Notes under the pieces: model-generated
Databases searched by the model: none
Seen by the model: only the letters and a program-made list of their open reading frames with translations
Told to the model about the DNA's origin: nothing
Origin: Gracilinanus agilis
Lineage: Eukaryota
Assembly: GCF_016433145.1 (NCBI RefSeq)
Contig: NC_058132.1
Location: 333,115,122 to 333,179,121 of the forward strand
DNA: 64,000 bases
Reading direction: 5' to 3'
Shown here: positions 36,851 to 49,271 of the stretch, piece by piece
Numbering within the stretch: the stretch's first letter is position 1
Layout: every line of letters starts with the position of its first letter
Program-made: the position numbers and the translations under genes

Positions 36851-37050
36851 GGGGCCAGCTGGGTGGCTCAGTGGATTGAGAGCAAGGCCAGAGACAGGAG
36901 GTCTGGTTTCAAATTTGGCCTCAGACACTTCCTAGCTGTGGGACCCTGGGCAAGTCACTTAACCCCCATTGCCTAGTCCATACTGCTCTTCTGCTTTGGA
37001 ACCAATACATAGTATTGATTCTAAGATGGAAGGTAAGGGTTTAAAATTTT
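36851..37050 (+). mobile_element. Opossum CORE-SINE, full length
   Basis: ggggccagctgggtggctcagtggattgagagc...ttggaaccaatacatagtattgattctaagatggaaggtaagggttt. Confidence 0.9.
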
Positions 37051-38169
37051 TTTTAAATAATTGAACTTCTGCTTTTATTGTGAATTTAACTCTAAAAGCT
37101 TCTTTTAACATGTTGGCCTCTGCTCATGCATTTTTAAAGGCTCCCAATGTCCTATTGTATGTAGTCTATATTCCTCTGTTGAAATAAATGTCTTCCAACA
37201 TTTCATACTCCAAACTTGGTTCCTTCTATCACCCATCCTGTCCTGCTTTCTAGGAAGGCTGGCATTTATATGGAGATGCCAAGATCATTCTACAACTTCG
37301 ATCCCAGTTTCCTCATTCATACTGAAGAAACACCTAAAATGAGGTCTCTTTTCTTCTCTGCCTCCTACTGATTCTCAAGGCCAAATCCAACCTTTCTTCT
37401 TGCATGGCATCTTCCCTGAATACTCTAATTCTCATTTATCTCTCTCTCCCCTAAACTCCTATAGTATTTACCACCTGTACCATACAATTTAGCATCTGCT
37501 TATATAGTGTTGATAGCTCTGCTGTTCTCCACTTTTTTTCTTCTTGTGCCATTATTCTTCTATTTCCACCTAGATTATATTCTCCTTGAGGGCAGGGTCT
37601 TTATATTTCCCATAGTGCCACTCATACAGCAGATGTTTTGTAATTGTTTGTTGATTAATTGGTTCAAAACAAGAAGAAAATTTAAGAACCCATGGGTTAA
37701 AAAGCCAGATCTCCAGTGATGGGACAGAAATTAATGTTTCTATGTTCCTCAGAAAGCCAAATGGTCCAAATCTTCTCTGTGCATTTCCACAGACTTGCCA
37801 TTTGAGTCTATGTAAGTTTTATTAGGTTCTCAAATGTCCCTAGCAGATAACCCAGATAACTGCACTCACCATGTAATTGTGAGGAATAAAGTACAAAATC
37901 CCCTTATTTCCCCTCAAACTGATCCAAAATCTTAGCAGTAAGAATAAACCTACAAGCAAACATCTTTACATTCACACCACTCCAACTGGCATTTTGCCTA
38001 GGTCTATAAGCATTTTTAAAAAGAGATATTTACAAGGACACAGCATCATCCAATTTCAGAACTGGGAAAGATCTTGGACATTATATGATTCTATACTGTC
38101 ATTAGCAAGTTTATATCATTTCCCATGTGAATTACCGAGATCATGGGATCCCTGAAGAATTCAGAGTAT

Positions 38170-38420
38170 GAGAGGTAGTTAAGTACTGCAACGTGCTGAA
38201 CACGAAATCAGGAAGACCTGAATTCAAATCTTGCTTCAGACCCTAGCTGTATGACCTTAGGTAAGTCACTTAATCACTGTCTCAGATCTCTCAACTGTAA
38301 AATAGGGATAATAACAGCATTCACATCCCAAGGTTATTGTAAGTATAAAATGAGATACTATCTATAAAGCCTGGGCACATTGTAGCACTCTAGAAATATT
38401 AGTTGCTATTATTATGTTTC
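38170..38420 (+). mobile_element. MIR-type SINE
   Basis: Head, CORE and tail. Confidence 0.75.
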
Positions 38421-38429
38421 TCTTATGAT

Positions 38430-38680
38430 TCCTGCTTTTTGTTGTTTAGTTGTTGCAGTCACATCCATCTCTTCATGCCCCCATTTGGAGTTTTCTTGGC
38501 AGAGATACTGGAGTGGTTTACCATTTCCTTTTAAGGATTATTGTATTGATGAGGAAACTGAAGCAAACAATCTTAAGTCTTTGTCTTGCCCAAAGTCACA
38601 TGGCTAGGAAATATCATAATCCAGGCCTGTCTTTACTCCAGGCCCAGGTTCTATTCATTACATCTCCTAACACTTCTATT
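38430..38680 (-). mobile_element. Mar1-type SINE
   Basis: cccatttggagttttcttggcagagatactggagtggtttaccatttcc antisense tail. Confidence 0.8.
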
Positions 38681-40743
38681 TAATCCCGCCCAAATAGAAT
38701 GCTTGAAATTGGTCCCCCTCCCCCTTCTTTTTTCTATTCTCTTGTAACTAGGACCAAAGAGACATGTAGGGTCTTTAAGAAAACTGCAGCTCTCTCCCCT
38801 GCTCAAAATGCTCCAATGACTGATTCTGGCTGAGATCAAGTATAAACTCTTCTGCCTGACATTTAAAGCCTTCACAATCTGGTTGCAGATGAACTTTCCA
38901 GGCTTATTGTCCATCCCTCCCCTTCATACACTTTTACATTCCATCCAAATGGCCCATCATACAATCATAGCCTCATCATTCTAGAGCTAAAAGAGACCTC
39001 AATGGCCATCTAGTTCAGTACCACTGAACTGAGCTCGGAAAGTCTCCTTACCATTCCTTCTTTTCAATGGGACTGTGGAAAAGTCACAATCTCTCTAGAG
39101 CTCAGTTTATTTTTTCTGTAGAATAGAGATAATAGTACTTCTTTTTTTTCTTTATCAGAGCGTTGTTGTGAGTAAGGCTCCTTTGAGACAACAGATATGA
39201 AAGCAAAAAGTACTACATGAATATTTTAATACATCTGTGGACAAAAAAGAGGAGGAAATATGAAATAATGGACAAAGCACTAGACTTGAAATCATTAAGA
39301 ACTAGGTACAAATCATGTCTTAGATATTCACTAGCTTTGTGATGCTAAGCGAGTTGCTTAATCTCTCTTGTCTCAATTTCCTCATTTGTAAAATTAGGGA
39401 GTTGGATTTAATAGTCCCTAAATTCCTTCCCAACCCTAAACTTACAATCATATAAATCTTCAAGTGGAGTTAGAAGATGCTGACAAGTTCTCCAGAAACA
39501 AACAGGCTACCTTCGCTGTTGTTACTCTCACACTAAAGGAATTATATTGGCCTGAAAATTTCACTTCCTTCCATACTGCCTAGCATTCTCCATTTGTGCT
39601 ATGGAGGCATTTCTCATCATCTATTATGAACCTTTCTTTGGGATATTGACAATCTGTAGACACCACAGTTCTAAAAATAGTAGGGCCCAATAGGTCACTT
39701 TACGGGAATAAGTTATTGGCTTAGTGCAACCTGGACTATGATTTGCAGGATAATAGATGAGCAGGTGTTCTTCAGATCCTGGTGCTTAGACTTCTGAACT
39801 ACAAATCTTTTTTTGAGTCTAATCTCCTTTCAAGAGTTTTCATTTCCAATTCTTTGGAGCAGGGCTATGCCTGGATATTCTCAAACCTCTGACAGGACTG
39901 TATTTCCTAAGTCATCATTTCCTCCAGAACTATTTAGTATCCCATTGGGAAGCAGCTGTAGTGTAATGGAAAAAAATTTATGTGGACTAAAAAGATCTGG
40001 GTTCAAAATTCAGCTTTGAGATTTACTAACTATGTAATTCTAAGTAGGTCTCTAAGCAGCTCAGTTGCCTCATCTATAAAATGGAGATGATAATATTATT
40101 TATATTATCTACTTCAATGAATTTCTGTGAGCATTAAATGATGCAATACATGAAAATGTTGTTTTGTGACATATATAAAATAGTGTTGTTGCTGCTACTG
40201 TTCTTAGGACCAGTAGCATCTAGGTCTCTATGAGATTCCACATTCAACATCCCTTCTGTATAACTATACTTTTATCTCCCATTCCCAGTCTCTCTAACAG
40301 AGAAGTCACCCAAAGTGTCCTGCAAAGCTTTTTCAAGTATAATTCTAAATGTGAGTTAAGACCCATTTTCATGGAATTACAGGGCTAGGTGGTACCTTAA
40401 AAAAGATCACTTAATCTATTCCCCTGGACCTGGACTTATTGGTCTCACTGATACTGTGAGATTTCTTTTCTTCAATTCAACTCAATTTAACCATTGCCTA
40501 CAATTTACCAGGCTGGACTTGGCAATAAATAATCTTTACTTTTAAGAAGCTCACGTTCTACATCCATTCTCCCTATTTCTCCCTTCTTATTGGTACTCAT
40601 CAAGTCGTTCCCCCTCCCCCAGAGTGTAAGTTCCTTGAGGGGATTCTATTTTTTACAATATCCCTAGTTCCTAGCACAGTGTCAAGAATATTATAGAGAA
40701 GAAATATGTACTTGAATTGAACAAAATAAATGAATAAACACAC

Positions 40744-40776
40744 GAATGAATGAATGAATGAATGAATGAATGAATG
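40744..40776. repeat. (GAAT)n microsatellite (L2 tail derived)
   Basis: gaatgaatgaat run following an L2 3' end (40620-40740). Confidence 0.9.
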
Positions 40777-42449
40777 GCTTGGTATTTGTTTCTGTAAATT
40801 TAGTTTCTGGTTTTTTTTGTTTGTTTTTCTTGAGAGAGCCTTCCTTAAGTGAAGCTGGATCTACACAATCCCCACCCCCCACCCCCCCATCCTCGGGATA
40901 AAACAGTCCCAACAAACATTTGTGCAATATCCATATAGCTTCAGAAGGAAAGATATAGAGAGAACAAGAAAAGAAAGGGAGAGAGGGTGAAGAGAAAGAA
41001 ATAAAGACTCTTTCCCTTACCATCCTCCTACCCCCATCTTTGCCCCTACACCATTCTCATCCCAATCATCATCCCTTAACTTTCGAGAGATAATGAAAAA
41101 ATGATAGAAGCTAACATATGACCATTAATGTCAGAGGTGAGGAGTAATGGGCACTAGAGAGCACTTTATGAATTTTTTTTTAATCCATGAAGAAGCAGTA
41201 GAATTAAAAGTTAAATTTTCAACAAAGAAACTGAAACTCTAGGCATCTGATCTCATCGCTCACCCCTAACCCAAATACTAACTAGCTGTGTGACCTTGAA
41301 CACATTTTTACTTTTCATAGGCCCCTGTTCCTTATCTACAAAATGAAAGGATTTGGGTTAGATGATCTGTAATGTTCCTTCCAGCTAAAAACGTCTAGGA
41401 TTCTACAATATTATTCCTGCCTGTCTTTTCGGTGGCAAGGAAACTTGGGTGTCACTCTGAAAACCATTTCTGAATCAGGTTACCCAAGCCCCTAGGCTCA
41501 TTAATTTCTGTGCTTGCCAGTCTTCTTTGTGTTTACTATGTAAACAGGTTTTAAAGCATCCTTTTCTGTGTTTTCAGTAAACACACAATAGCTTCCTAAC
41601 TAACAACCCCAGACATCAATGAAAGCCACTTTTTAACAGATGTTCAGCCATAATTACCTGGACATAAATAACACATACTCTCTCTTTGAAATTCTGCATC
41701 TATCTCATCCACAAAATGTCCATAGCCACAGAGCATCCTACTTCATTTGATAATGTTTGAGTGCCTCCTGGAGACTCCTGGAGCATATGCTCCAGAGAAC
41801 CAGGGCTCTGGACCTAAGTATCTTCTGGGTCTTTGCCTTGAAGACCTGCTACTGTCAAAACCATAACAGCAGTGTGCTTTGTCAGAGGATGGGGACGTTT
41901 AGATGTTTATAGCAACATGATGTGAGCAGAGGGGCACAATTTTAGAAGAACTTATAGGAAACAGGGTAAGTAGGATGGTAAAAACATTCATTGAAAATGC
42001 AACCATATCATATCAACAGTTGAAGGAATTGTGGGATGTTTAGCTTAAAAAAAACAAAACAGAATATTGGGTGGGAGTCAAGACCCCATACTTTTCTCCA
42101 GTAGTGGGGAGAGGTTCATCTTTCCTAGACAACTGATGCAATCACAGAAAGTAAAGTAGAGATAGCAGAGGTATTGAAGGATTAGCATGTTAATGAAGTG
42201 AAAGGCACATCTTAGTCCTATTATCCTTTTACAAAGTGTGAAAAAAATTTCTGATTGAGTTGGAAGGGGAGCTTGGCACCTGCCAAGTTCTAATGCTAGT
42301 CTGAACTGGAGGCATGGAGTAGCTTTGAGGAGTGTAACACCCCTCCCCATCCCTCTACCCTGCTTGCTATTGGTCATGACATCTTGCATCAGAGCTACTC
42401 AACGAAGAGGAAACATTTCATCTAGAAGTAAGCAGAGATATGCACCATG

Positions 42450-42642
42450 CAGTGGTTCCCAAACTTTTTTAGCCTACCATCCCCTTTCCAGAAAAAATAT
42501 TACTTAGCCCCCTGGAAATTAATTTTTTTTAAATTTTAATAGCAATTAATAGGAAAGATAAATGCACCTATGACCATCACCACCTCCCTGGATCACTGCA
42601 GTACCCACCAGGGGGTGGTAGGGTCCACTTTGGGAATCACTG
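42450..42642 (+). mobile_element. hAT MITE, ~195 bp family, copy 2
   Basis: Roughly 90% identical to 9408-9602 by eye; same TIRs. Confidence 0.9.
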
Positions 42643-43229
42643 CACTATAGGAAGACACAGACAAGTGGCCTTTAAGACAGAAAGTAGCATCAAGGAGCAT
42701 GATCCTTGGAAGCAGAGAAGAAAGCCAACAAAGAATTAAGAGGGATTTGTGAACCAAGTTTCAAAGAGGAATAGACCCTGGGAGTGCAGCTGAAGGACAC
42801 AACCAACAACAATGCTGAGTACTGAGAAGGAAAGCATGAGGACACCTTGAGTTGAGAAAGAACAATGGGTCCCTGTAGTCCTGGAGGCATAAGCCTCTTT
42901 GGCCACGCATGTCTCCTATGTATGTGACTCATTACTAATGCAGCCTAAGTTTATCCCCACTTTCCCCATCAGTAATGTGTGCATATTGATGAGAGAGTGA
43001 ACCTCAGGTTTATGAGGGAAATTGTTTGGTTGGCAATTGTTCTTACTACACCACCTTGGCAAATGCCTTTTCTTTGAGCTAATTGCATCTAACAGATGTC
43101 TATTAACAGTAAGTTTACTCATGGGAGCCTCTGAGCTACAGTTTTAATAATATAAACCTACAGGGTAGTCTATAATCCCAAGGTAGTAGTCTCTTCACTA
43201 TGAGTCCAATCTTCCAACCTGTGATTGTT

Positions 43230-43520
43230 GACTTGAGGGAGGGAAACACTATGCTTCAGTGATATTCAGGACTATCCCATACAAGAAGGATTAGACTTGT
43301 TCAGTTCCCCTCCTTAAAGCTATGAATGGAAGTTACAAAGGGCAGATTTTGGCTAGGTAGGAGGCAAAATTTCCTAACTGTTAGAGTTGTCCAAGAGCAA
43401 AATAGGTTGGCTTGAGAAGCATTAAATTCCCCTTAGCTGATGTCTTGGAGCAACAGCTAGATGATCATTAGTAAAAGACAAAATCTGTATGCAGGTATAA
43501 ATTGGGTTAGAGAGAATGTG
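43230..43520 (+). mobile_element. CR1/L3 3' fragment
   Basis: gaaggattagacttgttc...atggaagttacaaagggcagattttggct...ttcctaactgttagagttgtcc. Confidence 0.7.
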
Positions 43521-43837
43521 CTGAATACCTTTCTGATTCTGAATGTTGTTTTTTTTTCTTCAGACCTGACCTATCACAAAACCATCAACCAAAACCACCA
43601 CAATTATATGCAGTGTACAAAATGACTTTTTTTTATAAACCACAGAGAAAGAAACGTTTTGCATCCCACCTCTGTTTCTCCTTTATTTTTATACCATTTC
43701 TCTCTCCTGATTCTCTTCCTTCCTGTCTGACTAATCCTCTTTAGTTTCTTTTGCTAGATTATCATCCATATCCTACCCTCTAAATGAGGTGTTTCCCAAT
43801 TCCCTGTTTTGGGCTTTCTTATGTTCTTTCTCTATAG

Positions 43838-44021
43838 CAATGCCATCAAACTCAATTAGAAATAGATCTCTGTGCATCATGTTGACTTAGAAATCCACAA
43901 ATTAACATTTTCTATGCTGTGCTGGATTTTTGTTTATTTTGTTAAACATTACCCAATTACATTTTAATCTTACTCTGGTCACTCAGAATTTTTCAGGTAG
44001 CTTTTTTTCTTGACACCCCTG
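43838..44021 (-). mobile_element. hAT MITE (MER45-like, marsupial)
   Basis: Ends caatgccatcaaact / cttgacacccctg; same family as 59189-59615. Confidence 0.7.
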
Positions 44022-44257
44022 CTTTACATCCTTTCTTTTTGGTAAGTTTCTTAGATCCCATTGGTTAAGTTACCATTTCTATGCAGATGGCTCTTAAATC
44101 TACGTGACCAATCCTAATCTCTCTTCCGGGATCCATTTCTGCACCGACTGCCTGTTGTGTATCTCTAAATAGATGCTCCATAGACATTTAAATCTCCACA
44201 TTTCCAAAAGATAGAAGTGAGGTAGAAACAGAAAGGAAGGAGGTAGGAGAAAGGGGT

Positions 44258-44262
<5 letters not shown>

Positions 44263-44318
<56 letters not shown>
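44263..44318. repeat. (GA)n microsatellite inside L2 relics (44040-44620)
   Basis: Perfect GA run. Confidence 1.
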
Positions 44319-44320
<2 letters not shown>

Positions 44321-44789
44321 TAAGTTTCAGGTACTCTGCTAAGTGCTGGGGATACAAATATAAGCAAGTTAGGCTTCTTTGCTCTCAAATACCCCACTTT
44401 CTTAAGAAAGAAGACAACACATAATAGAGTTATTATGGGGATTGGGGGTGGAGTATATGTACTTGGAGGTAGGACATGAACCTGTGGATGTAATCTGGGT
44501 TGCTAAGAGAGAGGAAGTACAAGTAGATGCAGCATATATCGGAAAGACCTGGCAAGTATCAGAGTCAGAGGACCCTAGGGTGAAATCTTGGTGATTATAT
44601 CAGGGATAGTTTGGTAGAAAGGCAGGAATGCTGGATCCTAAGAGATCCTGATCTCAGTTCAGGTCCCAGCTCTGATCTCACTATCTGTGTAACCAATGGT
44701 AAATTCCTTTATCACTTAACCTTTCTGAGATCCTTTTTCCTCATCTATAAATTGAAGGAGTTAAGACTAGATGACTTCTATCTACCTTA

Positions 44790-45060
44790 CAGACAGCTAG
44801 TGCTCCAGTATGATAAGCATGCTCGACACAAAGTCAGGAAGACCTGATTTCAAATCTGACTTCAGGTACTTAAAGCTGTGTGACCCTGGGCAAGTCACTT
44901 TACCTCTGTCTGCCTCAGTTTTCTCAACTATAAATTATACCACCTCCCAGGATCATTGAGGGATCAAATGAGATAAGATAATATTCATCAAAAGCACTTA
45001 GTACAGCGTCTGGCACATCATAGGTGTTATATAAAAATTTATTTCCTTCCCCCTTCTCCT
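44790..45060 (+). mobile_element. MIR-type SINE
   Basis: Head, CORE gtgaccctgggcaagtcactt...cctcagttttctc and tail aagcacttagtacagcgtctggcacat. Confidence 0.85.
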
Positions 45061-45068
45061 CTTAAGAG

Positions 45069-45861
45069 TCCCTTCTACTTCTGAATCTATGTTTCAATCA
45101 TCTTCCTCTCCTAAACTCATACCTTCTCCAACCTTCCTCTATTTCTGTTGAGGACGTTCTGTCATTTACCCAACTGTTCTCATGCAATTTATCATTAGCA
45201 ACATACTACAGCCCACTTACACCCACCATGCATCTTCCACCTGCAATTTTGAGTCTTAGAACTTTCTTTGATTCTGAAAGCACTATGAGAATGTAAGCTA
45301 ATTATTATCTCTCCCTGCTCTTTTCCCTTTGTTCTTTTTTTCCTTATACATGATAACTTTCTTGATTTCCTCAGATTTTAGAACCTAATCCCACCAAAAA
45401 AAGTATCTTGGATTTATCTTGCATGTATATATATATATGCATATATATATGTATATATATAATNTCCCTTCTACTTCTGAATCTATGTTTCAATCATCTT
45501 CCTCTCCTAAACTCATACCTTCTCCAACCTTCCTCTATTTCTGTTGAGGACGTTCTGTCATTTACCCAACTGTTCTCATGCAATTTATCATTAGCAACAT
45601 ACTACAGCCCACTTACACCCACCATGCATCTTCCACCTGCAATTTTGAGTCTTAGAACTTTCTTTGATTCTGAAAGCACTATGAGAATGTAAGCTAATTA
45701 TTATCTCTCCCTGCTCTTTTCCCTTTGTTCTTTTTTTCCTTATACATGATAACTTTCTTGATTTCCTCAGATTTTAGAACCTAATCCCACCAAAAAAAGT
45801 ATCTTGGATTTATCTTGCATGTATATATATATATATATGCATATATATGTATATATATAAT
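45069..45861 (+). repeat. ~395 bp tandem duplication joined by a single N (probable assembly artefact)
   Basis: 45069-45463 and 45465-45861 appear identical except for (TA)n lengths; N at 45464. Confidence 0.95.
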
Positions 45862-46079
45862 ATATATATATGTTATATATACATATTTTTCCTCTTCTAA
45901 AGAGATGTAGCATCGTATAGTGGACAGCAAGTTGGCCTCAAAACCAGGAAGAGTTGAGGATAGAGACCAGCCTCTGATGTAAATGTGAGGCGAGACTCTA
46001 GCCAAGGCACTTAACTTATCAGTTTTCTAGACAGCTCTCTAAGGTGATAACCTGAAACATTAGTGAATATACTCTATAT

Positions 46080-46300
46080 CAGCATTGGGGAAGACATGGC
46101 ACATGTGCACAGCCGGCACCCAGGGAGTTGCTCTGTTTCCCCTCTTCCCAGCATCCAAGGACATTTTTTTTTGCACGCCCCACCCCTATGTCCAACAGCC
46201 CAAAACAAGCACTTTCTCCCTCAACTTTCTCTGATAACCCAAGAGCTCAGACAGCTCAAATTTGCCCTCTTGGCACTCAAACACGGAAAAAGTTCACCAA
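46080..46300 (+). mobile_element. hAT MITE (hAT1-like), degraded
   Basis: catggcacatgtgc...gttgctctgtttcccctcttcc...ggcactcaaacacggaaaaagttcacca; related to the adjacent inverted copy. Confidence 0.6.
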
Positions 46301-46314
46301 GGAGGTGCCTATAA

Positions 46315-46528
46315 CAGTGATGATAAACCTTCTAGAGGGGCAAGTGATTTGAGAAATTTCCTCAGGAGCTCATGTGGAAAAAGGGAAGGGAGCAACCAGG
46401 TCCCACATCCCTCTGGCTTTCTAGTAATGAACTCTGGTAAACTCTATGCTGGGGTGATGGTGCATGTGCCCACAGAGAGGGCTCTGAGTGTCCCCTCTGG
46501 CGTGTATGTCATAGGTTCACCACCAATC
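46315..46528 (-). mobile_element. hAT MITE (hAT1-like; TIR close to CAGTGATGGCGAACCT)
   Basis: Ends cagtgatgataaacct / aggttcaccaccaatc; internal cccacagagagggctctgagtgtcccctctggc. Confidence 0.8.
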
Positions 46529-46539
46529 AAATCAGGTGA

Positions 46540-46790
46540 CCCAGTGAATAGAGCAGCCATACTTGGAGTCAGAGAAACTCATCTTTGGGAGTTGAAATCT
46601 AGCCTCAAAGAGTTATTAGCTGTGTGACTCTGGATAAGTCACTTAACCCTTTTTGCCTCATTTTCCTTCTCTGTAAAGTGAACTAGAGAAGGAAATGACA
46701 AATCACTATAGTATCTCTACTAAGAAAACCTCAAATGAGGTCATGGAGTTAGACACAAGTGAAAAACCAATAAACAGCAATAACAAATGA
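46540..46790 (+). mobile_element. Mar1-type SINE
   Basis: Head, CORE and gagaaggaaatgacaaatcact tail. Confidence 0.8.
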
Positions 46791-47899
46791 AAACATTTGA
46801 AAAGATCTAGTCCTTTCAGCTATATTTTGCATGTTTCTTTTCTGTGCCCAAGCCATATCATCCAGTAGAATGTCAGTTGCTTAATGTTAGGGACCATTTC
46901 ATTTTTGTCTTTGTATTCTGGGTGCTTAGCAAAATACCTGAAACAAAGCAGGACTTAACAAATGCTTCTTCTAGATCAAATACCTCTCCCTCCTTGAAAT
47001 TTCCCCTGATTCTCACATATGCACTGTAACCTTGCCCTTGGGATTCCATGCAGCAATACAGTGAGAACATTGTTGGCTCAGAATCAGAGGACTTGAGTTC
47101 ACTTCCCGCCTGTGTTATTACCTATGTGATCTTGGGCAAGTCATTTAACCCCTCTAGATCTTAGTTTTCTCTCTGTAAAATGAAATAGTTGGCTGCATAG
47201 TCTCTAAGAAATCTTCCAGCTCCCTGCTATGAGTCTATGAGTTCATATAATGTTTTGGATTAGAGATATCTGCTCCACAAGGGTAGGTATCTTGTCTTAG
47301 CTAAAGGATGTGTCTCTCCCTGCCTTCCAGGGGCTAACATAGGGTTTTACACATGGTATGTGAATAATAAATATCAAACAGAATTGAACTGAATTGTATG
47401 TAGTTTTCTCTTGTTTCTCTCTTTCCATTCTCCTCATATGTCTTTTGCTGATTTCCTTTGTCTCCTTTCCTCTCCTCCACCCCTTCCTGCCAACCCCACT
47501 CCTTTGGTCCTTTTTATTAAGACTCAAAGTGCAATAAGTTTGATGTGATATAAATAAATGAGTGCTTGTGTTTCTGATACCAGCAAATAGTTTGCGGTGA
47601 CTAGCTTTTCTCTACCCCTGAGATTGTTTTATGTGACTTTTCAGGTTTCTCTACCTTGCTCCTGATAGCATAGATGTATTCTGTCATAGCTGGATAAGTC
47701 TATGAGGGTCTTCTCCAACCTCACCTCAATTCAACATATAGGCATGACACTGAAAACCAAACAGAATCAGGCATCCCAAATGGAAAGTAATGAGGTGAAG
47801 AGGAGAAAGCACCCTCCACCTTGCCCTTCTCTCTTTCAATCACATATGGTCCTGGCACGAAAGGGCTGCAGAAATTTAATAACATCTTAGGAGCCAGGA

Positions 47900-48040
47900 C
47901 AGATTTAACAGAGCCATCTGTGACTACTCAACACTCTAGGGTATAAATAGCAGGAGGGGCTGGGGCTGCAGGTTTAGGGTGGGGATAACAAGCTGGAGAG
48001 GTGGGGGAGAAGAAGGCTGGGGAAGATGGAGGTGGGTGGT
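47900..48040 (+). promoter_or_regulatory. Candidate TATA promoter or enhancer with CACCC/G-run motifs
   Basis: TATAAATA at 47942-47949, E-box CATCTG upstream, several GGGTGGGG/GGTGGG boxes, in repeat-free sequence. Motif evidence only. Confidence 0.3.
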
Positions 48041-48721
48041 GGCAACAAATCTGGGCAAGGGACGGAGGGTCCCAAAAATATGCTTCCTTCTTTTTAAAAA
48101 GTAGTTTGAAGGTCTATCTCCAGGGGGGTGGAAGTTCAGACTTGTCTGGAAAAAAAGGAGATTAAATAGATGCCCCTAAAATAATAACCCCCTGCTTCAA
48201 TGAAAATTCTAGTCATCCTTAGATTGTGCTTCCCTACTGGAAGTAACTAAAGAAGAGCCCATGAAGAGTGATAGGATCATAAATTTAGAGCTGGAAGGGA
48301 CTTCACGTGCCATCAAGTCCAACCACTTTTTTTTTCAAATGAGAAAACTGAGGCAGAGAGGAATTTAGTGACTTGCCCATGATTTCACAAAGTTAGCCAA
48401 CAAATTGGTCCAAGGAATCAAAAGGATTTCATTATATTTACATCAAGCCTGGAAGAGAAGTGAGTACAGCTTATTTGGGCACTTGTTACTGCACAATTAA
48501 TTCAAGGATATGTGATTTTGTCAATGTGGGACCTCCCCATGTAAATAGGTCACAACCAGGCTATAACTTAGTAGGTAAAGATGCCTGGTGCTTAAAGAGC
48601 ATGTACACAGAGCAAGTATCAGAAATGGGATTTGAATCCACATCTTCTTGACTCCTACTGCCATCAATATGCTGTCTCTTTAAGAGTCAAAACTATAGCA
48701 AATATTTCAGATACACACACA

Positions 48722-49271
48722 CAGTAGGACCTAATGTTATATCACCAATACATTCCTCGAGTAAATTGAAAATTATGTTTAATAGCCTATTATTTAATAA
48801 ATATTTATAATACTTCATAAGCAATTCTTATGCTTATGAAATGTATGAATACATGTATGAACACATGAACTTATGTATGAACTTATGTAGGCACTTTACA
48901 ACTTTTCTTAGGCTTATCAGAGCTACTAACATCACTACTTTTGAACTTTGGAGCCATTGTGAATAACTAAATAGCATTAATGAAACAGGGAAGCACTGTT
49001 CTGACTCAGTTACAAGCCAGAACTCAGGACAAAGCCTGAGGCAGAAGCTAATGTTTGGTACGATACTCATACTAATGCTTCTCAGAGTGAGAATGCGCAT
49101 GTTTGAATGAACTGCTGGGAGACTTTTCACCACTTGGAAAAATGGCATGAATTTCATGTGTAATAAAAATGTTTACTTCAAATATTTTTCTGCCTTTGTT
49201 TTTATTCAATCACCAATCATTGTATACCTGAATTCATGTGTCGAGTTCATGTAAAATGAACTCCTACTCTG
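48722..49271 (-). mobile_element. Tigger-derived MITE (~550 bp), copy 1
   Basis: TIR-like cagtaggacct / ctcctactctg; minus strand encodes MAPKFKSSDVSSSDKPKKSCKV (Tigger transposase N-terminus); homologous to 61960-62482. Confidence 0.85.

Noticed and set aside
39671-39680. Perfect MEF2 site CTAAAAATAG
   Set aside because: About three such matches are expected by chance in 64 kb of AT-rich DNA.
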